From: Fidelibacterota bacterium
GTDB lineage: Bacteria; Fidelibacterota; Marinisomatia; Marinisomatales; Marinisomataceae
Length of the DNA: 64,000 nucleotides
Direction: 5' to 3'
NCBI GenBank assembly: GCA_965212055.1
Contig: OZ243041.1
Location: forward strand, 288,001-352,000
Shown here: positions 55,721 to 64,000 of the stretch, in pieces
How the letters are laid out: the number at the start of each line of letters is the position of its first letter
How positions within the stretch are numbered: the stretch's first letter is position 1
Program-made: the position numbers and the translations under genes
The notes under the pieces: model-generated
Database searches by the model: none
What the model was told of the DNA's origin: nothing
What the model saw: the letters and a program-made list of their open reading frames with translations, nothing else

Positions 55721-56815
55721 CTATTTTCTTGCGTTAAGCATTAACCATGTTCCAATGATAATAAAAATTATATTGGAAAACCATGCAGCTAAGAAAGGAG
55801 ATAATGATCCAGCATATCCAAGAGATTGTCCAAACTTCAATAGTACTATGTAAGCGAAGATTGTTGCTAAACTTAATCCGCCACCAAATGCTAACGTAGT
55901 GTTGGATCTAAATACCGATAAAGGGATACCACAAAAAATAATAATAAGACTTATAAAGGAATATGCAATTTTATAGTGTAGATCTACCTCCCATTTTACA
56001 GTATTTACCCCATTATTTTTTAAGGTAACAATTTGATTTTTCAGTTGATTGTACGATACTTCTTCAGACGAATTTCCAGTCTGATTAATATCTTCAGGAG
56101 TGAAATTTAAGTTTAATAATGAATCTTGTTTTGAGGTTGCTATCATTCTTTCAGAACCAGAATTATCAAATTCTCTAATTGAATAATCTTGAATTTTCCA
56201 TTTTTCTTCTAATGGTTTCCAAGTGCTTTTTTTTGAATCTATTCTTCTTATCATTTTTCCATCACTAAGTTCAATAAAATTAAGATTTACTATTGTTTGA
56301 TTAATATCGTTGTATTCTTCAACAGCAATTAAATAGTTCTGGTTTTTTTGGAGATAAACATTTTCATAGATTGATTTATCTTTTGCTTTGTTTCGATTTT
56401 TTTTAAGATGATTGTCTTTTATCTCATTTTTTATTTTATTGTTTTTTATTACGATATTATTCTCAAAATAAAATGATCCTATACTCATAAATAATCCCAC
56501 AAATAGTATAGGAAGTGCAAGCCTATATAGACTAAGCCCTGATGATTTAAAGACTAACCATTCTTTTCTTTGTACCATCATGCCATAGGTAAATACTGAT
56601 GCAACCAGACAGGTTACAGGAATAGTAACACTAATCATTTCTGGGAGCGATGCAACATAATAGTCAATAAGAATATCGTTTGTTACCTCGTTATCTATAA
56701 ACCTATTGAGATTTTCGAAAATATCTACAATAAACGATACAAGAACAAAAAATATTGATACAAATAAGAATATTATTGAGAATTCTCTTAAAATATAATA
56801 ATCAATTTTTTTCAT
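55721..56815 (-). CDS. LPS export permease LptF/LptG family (LptG-like)
   Basis: IDYYILREF start, E..VFKSSGLSLYRL, 3+3 TM layout, PFLAAWFSNIIF. Confidence 0.9.
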   Translation of the reverse strand: MKKIDYYILREFSIIFLFVSIFFVLVSFIVDIFENLNRFIDNEVTNDILIDYYVASLPEMISVTIPVTCLVASVFTYGMMVQRKEWLVFKSSGLSLYRLALPILFVGLFMSIGSFYFENNIVIKNNKIKNEIKDNHLKKNRNKAKDKSIYENVYLQKNQNYLIAVEEYNDINQTIVNLNFIELSDGKMIRRIDSKKSTWKPLEEKWKIQDYSIREFDNSGSERMIATSKQDSLLNLNFTPEDINQTGNSSEEVSYNQLKNQIVTLKNNGVNTVKWEVDLHYKIAYSFISLIIIFCGIPLSVFRSNTTLAFGGGLSLATIFAYIVLLKFGQSLGYAGSLSPFLAAWFSNIIFIIIGTWLMLNARK

Positions 56816-56834
56816 TATATTCTTAACTTACTTA

Positions 56835-58223
56835 ATGATGGATTTAATTAACAATTTTTTTACACAATTTTCTAATTATATTTGGAATGTCGTTTCTATT
56901 CTTGTTATTGGTGGCGGTATAATATTTTTTACATACTTAATAGAATCTGATATTTTTTCTAGGCTGAATCCAATTCAGTATTTTAAACATGCCTTTAATG
57001 TGCTTTCTGGTAAATATGACACTCCCGATGAGAAGGGTCAAATTAGCCACTTCCAAGCTTTGTCTACGGCTCTATCAAGTACAGTCGGTATAGGTAATAT
57101 CGCAGGAGTTGCTATTGCTATATCAATGGGAGGGCCTGGAGCATTATTTTGGATGTGGGTTAGCGCTATAGTTGGTATGGCAACGAAATTCTTTACTTGT
57201 TCTCTTGGAATTATGTTTAGAGGCTATGACTCTGCAAATGAATTGCAAGGGGGTCCTATGTATGTCATAGAACAAGGAATGGGAAAGAAATTTAAATTTT
57301 TATCTTATTGGTTTAGTGGTGCTGGTCTTATCGGATGTTTATCTTTACTACAGGTTAATCAGTTGACGCAGATTATTTCAAATGATATTATATCAAACGA
57401 CAATAATGTTCCCTATATAAAACTAATAATTGGAATTATCGTTGCTATAATAGTTTCATTTGTAATTTTTGGTGGTTTGAAACGTATTGCTGATGTGGCA
57501 TCTAAATTAGTACCATTTATGGTATTTATCTATCTGTTGTGTGGGATATCTATCATTATGATTAACATTGATTCTATTCCATCAGTATTTAGTCTAATTT
57601 TTAATGGAGCTTTTAACGAAAGCTCTATTTACGGAGGTGTTGCGGGTATTATGGTTATAGGTTTTCAAAGAGCGGCATTTTCAAATGAAGCTGGAATGGG
57701 AACAGAAGTTATGGCTATTGGCGCATCAAGAACAAATGAGCCTATTCGATCAGGTTTTGTTGCAATGCTTGGTCCATTTATTGATACAATCCTTGTTTGT
57801 TCTGTTACTGGTATTGTTATTTTGCTTTCAAATGACTGGTCTGTATCTACTTTAGATGGTAGCACTCTAAAAGGAGCAGTTTTAACTCAAACAGCTTTTT
57901 CTAATCACCTAGGTATGGTTGGACATTATATCTTGCTTTTTTCAGTTATAACATTTGCTTTATCAACTATGTTTGGTTATTCGTACTATGGCTGTAAATG
58001 TGCATCTTACTTGTTTGGAACAGGTTCAAAGGTATACTATAGAATATTTTATGTTCTTACATTGGTAGCTGGAGCCGTACTTCCTTTAGAATTAGCCGTT
58101 GCTATTGTTGATTCAATGTTTGCTTTGATGGCGATTCCAACAATGATTTCTGCCCTTTATTTATCAGGCCATGTTGAAAAAGAATTTCGTAGGTATTTTT
58201 CACAATTAGAGAAGACAAAATAA
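56835..58223 (+). CDS. Alanine/glycine:cation symporter (AGCS)
   Basis: VGIGNIAGVA, GGPGALFWMW, GGPMY, FSNEAGMG. Confidence 0.95.
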   Translation: MMDLINNFFTQFSNYIWNVVSILVIGGGIIFFTYLIESDIFSRLNPIQYFKHAFNVLSGKYDTPDEKGQISHFQALSTALSSTVGIGNIAGVAIAISMGGPGALFWMWVSAIVGMATKFFTCSLGIMFRGYDSANELQGGPMYVIEQGMGKKFKFLSYWFSGAGLIGCLSLLQVNQLTQIISNDIISNDNNVPYIKLIIGIIVAIIVSFVIFGGLKRIADVASKLVPFMVFIYLLCGISIIMINIDSIPSVFSLIFNGAFNESSIYGGVAGIMVIGFQRAAFSNEAGMGTEVMAIGASRTNEPIRSGFVAMLGPFIDTILVCSVTGIVILLSNDWSVSTLDGSTLKGAVLTQTAFSNHLGMVGHYILLFSVITFALSTMFGYSYYGCKCASYLFGTGSKVYYRIFYVLTLVAGAVLPLELAVAIVDSMFALMAIPTMISALYLSGHVEKEFRRYFSQLEKTK

Positions 58224-58225
58224 GT

Positions 58226-58966
58226 ATGGAAAGAATCTATATTTTTGATGTGGATGGTACTCTAACACCTTCAAGAAGAGCAATGACAGAAGATTTTGAA
58301 GTATTTTTTTCAAAATGGGCTAAAGAGAATACTTTTTATCTTGTTAGCGGTAGTAATCTAGAAAAAATAAAGGAACAACTTTCCAATGATATATTAGATC
58401 TTGCAGCAGGAGTGTTTTCTTGTGGTGGAAATCAGTTATTTATCAATGATACTCAAAAATATAATCGTGAGTTTAAACCACCAGAAGATTTACTTAATTT
58501 CCTACAAGAAAAATTAAAAAATACCAATTATACTACTAAAACAGGGAACCATATTGAAGATAGAGGTTCAATGCTCAATTTTAGTATAGTGGGAAGAGAT
58601 TGTTCTTTGGAACAACGACAAGATTATTTTGAATATGATAATAATGTTGGTGAAAGATCTTCTATTGCAGAAGAAATTAATGCAACATGGAAAGATATTG
58701 AAGCTGTTATTGGAGGACAAATATCAATTGATATTACACCAAAAGGAATGAATAAATCTCAAGTATTAAGCGAAGTAAAAAAAGATTTTCCTACCAGTCA
58801 ATATATTTTTATAGGAGATAGAACAATGGAAGGTGGTAATGATTATCCATTGGCATATATCATGAATAAAACAGATAATTGTAGTGTGCATCAAGCAGGG
58901 ACACCTTCTGCAGAAGATGGCTATAAACATACTAAAAAAATACTAGAAGCACTTAGTGAAGATTAA
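58226..58966 (+). CDS. HAD-IIB enzyme resembling eukaryotic phosphomannomutase (PMM2/Sec53)
   Basis: FDVDGTLT, IEDRGSMLNFSIVGR, IGGQISID, GDRTMEGGND. Confidence 0.85.
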   Translation: MERIYIFDVDGTLTPSRRAMTEDFEVFFSKWAKENTFYLVSGSNLEKIKEQLSNDILDLAAGVFSCGGNQLFINDTQKYNREFKPPEDLLNFLQEKLKNTNYTTKTGNHIEDRGSMLNFSIVGRDCSLEQRQDYFEYDNNVGERSSIAEEINATWKDIEAVIGGQISIDITPKGMNKSQVLSEVKKDFPTSQYIFIGDRTMEGGNDYPLAYIMNKTDNCSVHQAGTPSAEDGYKHTKKILEALSED

Positions 58967-59915
58967 AAGTATAGAAGAATATAAAAGACATTTTCTTGAA
59001 GAATGGAATAAGCTTCAAGATTTGAAAGATCCATCCTATATCTATGATCCCATTAAGCATATTATACAGTCTGAAGGAAAACGATTAAGACCGATTATCG
59101 TGCAATTTTTGGGAGATATTTTTGAGAACGATTCTAATGATACTATAAATGCTGCTATGGGGGTAGAATTGTTACATAATTTTACACTAGTCCATGATGA
59201 TATAATGGATGAAGATGCTCTAAGGCATAATGTTACTACAATTCACGAAAAATGGGATAATGCCCATGCAATATTGTCTGGAGATGCGTTGGGAGCATTA
59301 GGACCTATCTATATTGGTAAAATCAAGACAAATACTTTAGACGTTCTTGTTAGATATAATGAAGTTATCTTGGAGGTTTGTGAAGGACAAGCGTATGATA
59401 TGGAATTTGAGAATAGAAATGCCTTAGTAAATGATTATCTGTTAATGAGTAAAAAGAAAACGGGGTCTTTATTTTCTTTATGTTTTGAAATTCCAGCATT
59501 AATGAGTGAAATATTCCTAGAGCATAGACAGTCTCTCAAAGAATTAGGTGAAAATCTAGGAATAATCTTTCAAATGCAGGATGATATCTTAGAAATGTTG
59601 ACATCAGAAGAAAATATGGGAAAAGGAACCAGTTCTGATATTGAAAGAAGAAAAAAAACAGTTCTATCAAGCATAGCGTTTGAATATGATAAAGAAAATT
59701 GGGAAAAATTACAAAATCAAATAAAATCAATAGACATTGTTGAAAAAAAACAAGTTTTAGGAGATTATTTCAAAGAAAGTGGTGTTTTAAATAAAGCAAA
59801 TGATTTGCTGAGTAGTTATGAGAAAAAATGTAGAGAAGTTGTAAATTCTCTACCGAAAGACATTCAAAATGATGTTGGAGTACTTTTAAATTTGATAATT
59901 AAGCGACATAAATGA
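58956..59915 (+). CDS. trans-Polyprenyl diphosphate synthase (FPP/GGPP type)
   Basis: GKRLRP, HNFTLVHDDIMD, GQAYD, KT, FQMQDD; GTG start. Confidence 0.92.
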   Translation: MKIKSIEEYKRHFLEEWNKLQDLKDPSYIYDPIKHIIQSEGKRLRPIIVQFLGDIFENDSNDTINAAMGVELLHNFTLVHDDIMDEDALRHNVTTIHEKWDNAHAILSGDALGALGPIYIGKIKTNTLDVLVRYNEVILEVCEGQAYDMEFENRNALVNDYLLMSKKKTGSLFSLCFEIPALMSEIFLEHRQSLKELGENLGIIFQMQDDILEMLTSEENMGKGTSSDIERRKKTVLSSIAFEYDKENWEKLQNQIKSIDIVEKKQVLGDYFKESGVLNKANDLLSSYEKKCREVVNSLPKDIQNDVGVLLNLIIKRHK

Positions 59916-59918
59916 TTG

Positions 59919-60875
59919 ATGTATAACAAAATAAAAAACTTTCCAAAACAGATTTCTAATACTATTGATAATACCAAGTCACTTAGTATTGGTTCAGATT
60001 ATGATAAAGTTGTTATTGTAGGGATGGGGGGATCTGCCATTGCTGGATTGATTGTTAAAGACCTTTTACCTCAAGTAAATATTATTGTAGAAAGAAATTA
60101 TATTCCAAATACTGCAATCAATCAGAATACATTAATTATTGTATCATCTTATTCTGGAAACACAGAAGAAACTCTATCATATTATCATTCTGCAAAAGAG
60201 CTTACCAATAATATTTTTGGAATAACATCAGGAGGAGAACTTTTAGAAGCTTTAAAAAATGATAACAAGGATTACTATATTCTCCCAGAGGGATATCCTC
60301 CAAGATCTGCAACAGGTTATACGCTAACAGTTCTAATTAGATTACTAGATAGTAGCTTACTTAAAGATATTAATGTTGATTTACTTCAGAATTATTCCGA
60401 TCAATTATCTTTGGAGGAGAGCACAGCACATATCTTAGCAAAAAAAATATATTCTACCATTCCAATTATTGTGACAGAAGAAAACACAACATCTATTGGT
60501 TTTAGACTGAAGTCGCAGTTGAATGAAAATAGTAAAATGTTATCTTATAATATTACACTTCCAGAAATGAATCATAATGAAATTGTAGGATGGCAGGGTA
60601 AAGAAATTGACAAAAATGCACTTTCTTTAGTTTGGATTGATATTAGATATAATAAAAATGTTAAAAGAATGAACATTACAAACAATATTTTAAAAGATAG
60701 AGTTGTTTCTAGTCATCATATTGATGTTCCATCAGAAATAGCCTCCCATCATCTTGCTTCGTGTCTCTATTTAGTTAATTATGTTGATTGGTTAAGTTGT
60801 TGGTGTGCCAATCTTCATGATGTGGATATTATGAATATTGATAATATTGATACTTTAAAAAAATCTATGGCTTAG
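59919..60875 (+). CDS. Bifunctional phosphoglucose/phosphomannose isomerase (SIS fold)
   Basis: [38 protein letters not shown]. Confidence 0.92.
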   Translation: MYNKIKNFPKQISNTIDNTKSLSIGSDYDKVVIVGMGGSAIAGLIVKDLLPQVNIIVERNYIPNTAINQNTLIIVSSYSGNTEETLSYYHSAKELTNNIFGITSGGELLEALKNDNKDYYILPEGYPPRSATGYTLTVLIRLLDSSLLKDINVDLLQNYSDQLSLEESTAHILAKKIYSTIPIIVTEENTTSIGFRLKSQLNENSKMLSYNITLPEMNHNEIVGWQGKEIDKNALSLVWIDIRYNKNVKRMNITNNILKDRVVSSHHIDVPSEIASHHLASCLYLVNYVDWLSCWCANLHDVDIMNIDNIDTLKKSMA

Positions 60876-62114
60876 AATTTTTTGAATACCAATACTGAAT
60901 TATGACCACCAAACCCAAAAGAATTACTCATCGCAATATTAATGTCTTTTTTCACATGCTTATTTGGGACATAGTTTAAATCACATTGGGACATAGTTTA
61001 AATCACATTCAGGATCAGGAGTGTTATAATTGATGGTAGGAGGGATAATTCCTTGATTTAATGCATGAATACATGCGATTGCCTCAATAGCGCCCGCAGC
61101 ACCCAACAAATGACCTGTCATCGATTTTGTTGAGCTGACTAGTAATTGTTCTGCATGATTTCCAAATGCTTGTTTAATTGCTTGAGTTTCTAACATATCA
61201 TTATAATATGTGGAAGTACCGTGAGCATTAATATAGTCGATATCAGCAGGATTAAGATTGCTATTTTCTAACGCAAGATTAATTGCTTTTGTTGCGCTTT
61301 TGCTATCATTATCTGGCTGGGTAACATGATAGGCGTCATTTGTACATCCGTATCCTACAATTTCACCTAAAATAGTTGCGTTTCTTTTTTCTGCATGCTC
61401 TAAAGATTCCAATACTAAGATTCCTGCACCTTCAGATAGTATAAATCCATCTCTATTTTTATCAAATGGTTTAGATGCCTCAGTTGGATTATCATTGTGT
61501 GTAGACAAAGCTTTCATATTAGCAAACCCTGAAAGAGTTAATGGAGTAATTCCCGCTTCACATCCACCAGAAATGACTACATTGGTCTGTCCAGATTGAA
61601 TAAGTTGATATGCCATCCCAATGGCATCGGTTGCTGATGAACATGCAGTGGTAACTGCATAATTTGGTCCATGAAATCCATATTTTATAGCAATTTGACT
61701 TCCAGCAATATTGGCTATCATTTTTGGAATAAATTGTGGTGATACACCACGTTGTCCTCGATTCTCAACTCTTGAATGTTGTTCTTCAAGGGTATGCATA
61801 CCACCAATGCCAACACCAAGAATTACACCAGCTTCTGAAGAATCAATTCCTGATTGTTTGATTGCTTCTTCAGCTGCAACGAGTGCAAACATAGTATACC
61901 GATCAAGCTTTCTTTCTTGTTTACGGTCAAAAAATTCAGAAGGATTAAAATCAGAAATTTCTCCAGCAATTTTTACACTTAAATTTTCTGTATCAAATTG
62001 TTTTATTAATCTGATTCCAGATACGCCACCAATTAAATTATCCCACAAGGATTGTGATGAAAGACCTAACGGAGAAATGCTACCTTCCCCAGTAATGACA
62101 ACTCTATTTTCCAA
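60872..62114 (-). CDS. fabF: Beta-ketoacyl-ACP synthase II, frameshifted by a 22-bp duplication
   Basis: [20 protein letters not shown]; removing the duplication restores [10 protein letters not shown] and a 406-aa ORF. Confidence 0.93.
60964..61007. repeat. Exact 22-bp tandem duplication in fabF
   Basis: TTGGGACATAGTTTAAATCACA x2. Confidence 0.95.
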
Positions 62115-62116
62115 GA

Positions 62117-62350
62117 TTAGCTAGTGTGTTTATCGATATAGTCTAGTGCTGCACCGACAGTAGTAATTGTTTCTGCATCTTCATCAGGAATTTCTATATC
62201 GAATTCTTCTTCAAATTCCATAATTAATTCGACGATATCTAGTGAATCTGCACCTAAGTCATCAAGAAAATTTGCTTCAGGTACAACTCTTGATTCCTCA
62301 ACGCCTAACTTATCAACAACTATATTTTTTACTTTATCATTTGATGACAT
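62117..62350 (-). CDS. acpP: Acyl carrier protein
   Basis: DLGADSLD phosphopantetheine site; SD AGGAG. Confidence 0.98.
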   Translation of the reverse strand: MSSNDKVKNIVVDKLGVEESRVVPEANFLDDLGADSLDIVELIMEFEEEFDIEIPDEDAETITTVGAALDYIDKHTS

Positions 62351-62364
62351 ATTCTAACTCCTAA

Positions 62365-63096
62365 TTAGTTTAATGACATTCCACCATCAATGTAAAATGT
62401 TTGACCAGTAATATAACTCGCTTCATCAGAACATAAAAACAAAATCATTTTGCTAATATCTTCTGGTTTTCCAAATTTTTTTAATGGAATTCTTTGCAAA
62501 TAGCCTTTTTTTACTGTATCGCTCAAGTCAGAGATCATATCAGTCTCAATAATTCCTGGAGCGATACAATTTACAGTTATATTGCGTTTTCCTACTTCTT
62601 TTGCAAGGGATTTTGTAAATGCTAATAATCCACCTTTAGAAGCAGAATAATTGCTTTGTCCTTTATTGCCATCAGTTCCTGAAATAGACGATATATTAAT
62701 TATCCTACCTTTTTTATTTTTTACCATATTTTTCAATAATATTTTTGTTAAATAAAAAGGTCCATTTAGGTTTACATCTAATACTTTTTTCCATTCTTCT
62801 GTTTGCATTCTTAAAAGAATGTTATCCATATGAATTCCAGCATTATTAACTAAGATATCAATATTGCTAGAATGTTCTTTTACAAAAGTATATAAATCCT
62901 CAATAGATTTTTCATCTGATATATCACAGCAAAAAGGAATGATATTTTTTATGTCTCTAATTGTATCTAACGATTTTTCAGAAGTTGCAACACCGATTAC
63001 TTGCATTCCATTGTCTGCTAAAGTTGTTGCAATTTCCTTTCCAATACCTCTGGATGCTCCTGTTACAACAGCAGTTTTATTTGAATATTTAAACAT
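62365..63096 (-). CDS. fabG: 3-oxoacyl-ACP reductase
   Basis: TGASRGIG, NNAG, YSASK; fab cluster context. Confidence 0.95.
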   Translation of the reverse strand: MFKYSNKTAVVTGASRGIGKEIATTLADNGMQVIGVATSEKSLDTIRDIKNIIPFCCDISDEKSIEDLYTFVKEHSSNIDILVNNAGIHMDNILLRMQTEEWKKVLDVNLNGPFYLTKILLKNMVKNKKGRIINISSISGTDGNKGQSNYSASKGGLLAFTKSLAKEVGKRNITVNCIAPGIIETDMISDLSDTVKKGYLQRIPLKKFGKPEDISKMILFLCSDEASYITGQTFYIDGGMSLN

Positions 63097-63997
63097 TTAA
63101 TAATTGTTTAGTATCATTATAAGAATTAAAACTAGAGATATGAAATGATTCATTTATTTTTTTTATTAATCCAGTTAAAACTTTTTTTGGGCCTATCTCA
63201 ATGAAATTATTATTAATGTTTCCAAGTTGTTTAACACTTTCAAGCCAGAGTACCGTATTATCAATCTGTTCAATTAAAGCATGTTTTATTTCATCAGTAT
63301 TTGTTTTGTCTTTTGCATCATAATTTGAAACAATAGGGCAGTGAGGAGTTTGGAATATTTTTTCTGCAATAATATCTCTTAATTTTGGTTTTGCTTCGGA
63401 CATCAATTTTGAATGGAATGCACCACTCACATTTAATGGAATAATGCGTTTTGCTCCTAAAGACTTTAATTCATTAGAAATTTCTTCAACGGATACATCT
63501 GATCCAGAAATAACAATTTGTTGATCAGAATTAATGTTAGCAACTTGTGTATCACTATTATTGCATATTTGAGAGATTGTTTCTTTACTAAGACCCATTA
63601 CTGCACTCATTTTACCTTTATTATTGGTTTCGCATTGATGCATTGCTTGTGCACGTGTTTTGACAATTTCTAATCCATCTTCGAAACTATATGTTCCATT
63701 TGCATATAACGCTGAAAATTCACCTAAACTATGTCCAGCAACTGCAACAGGGTTGTATTTACTCTCTCTTATAATATCAAATAAAATACATGAATGAATA
63801 TAAATTGCTACTTGGGCATTAATTGTTTTTTTTAAAACAGGTTCATTATCATCAAACATAATTTGAGATATTTTATAACCCAACACTGAATCAGCTAAAT
63901 CAATTTTTGATTTTGCTATTGAAGAGTGTTTATAGAGATTTATTCCCATGCCAGGACGGTGTGAACCTTGTCCTGAAAAGATAAAACAACAATCCAT
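63089..63997 (-). CDS. fabD: Malonyl-CoA:ACP transacylase
   Basis: FSGQGS, GHSLGE, VSGAFHS, EIGP. Confidence 0.96.
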   Translation of the reverse strand: MDCCFIFSGQGSHRPGMGINLYKHSSIAKSKIDLADSVLGYKISQIMFDDNEPVLKKTINAQVAIYIHSCILFDIIRESKYNPVAVAGHSLGEFSALYANGTYSFEDGLEIVKTRAQAMHQCETNNKGKMSAVMGLSKETISQICNNSDTQVANINSDQQIVISGSDVSVEEISNELKSLGAKRIIPLNVSGAFHSKLMSEAKPKLRDIIAEKIFQTPHCPIVSNYDAKDKTNTDEIKHALIEQIDNTVLWLESVKQLGNINNNFIEIGPKKVLTGLIKKINESFHISSFNSYNDTKQLLNV

Positions 63998-64000
63998 TAT

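Noticed and set aside
61711..62124. Antisense ORFs over core genes (e.g. 61711-62124, 43792-44193, 30634-30972, 11345-11662)
   Set aside because: They overlap well-supported genes on the opposite strand and show no recognisable motifs

Overview
AT-rich, very compact bacterial chromosome segment with many overlapping start/stop codons. The 16S sequence and gene order (ileS-dksA-lspA, def-fmt-PASTA) point to Marinisomatota/Marinimicrobia (SAR406, FCB group). The window holds one complete rRNA operon (16S, tRNA-Ile, tRNA-Ala, 23S, 5S) and about 55 mostly housekeeping CDS: tig, tsaEB, accD, guaA, glmS, uppP, holA, an ECF sigma/anti-sigma pair, a glycosylation cluster, yajC-def-fmt, hflX, pyrFE, dsbD-degP, ileS-dksA-lspA-rluD-xer-pckA-greA, lptF/G, fabD-fabG-acpP-fabF and five nutrient symporters. 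I saw no CRISPR array, IS element or prophage. Most notable points: (1) an apparently higher-GC islet at about 52.3-55.7 kb with a predicted trans-3-hydroxy-L-proline dehydratase/reductase pair and an orphan phage-type DNA-hypermodification (aGPT-Pplase1-like) gene interrupted by a 35-nt insertion with an 8-bp direct repeat; (2) a eukaryote-type HAD phosphomannomutase in an operon with a polyprenyl synthase and a bifunctional PGI/PMI; (3) an IleRS with the non-canonical GVHH motif; (4) recurrent -10 boxes 5-6 nt before start codons, suggesting leaderless mRNAs. holA, xer and fabF are frameshifted by small indels or duplications that are probably assembly errors. All assignments come from motif recognition by eye; no searches were run.
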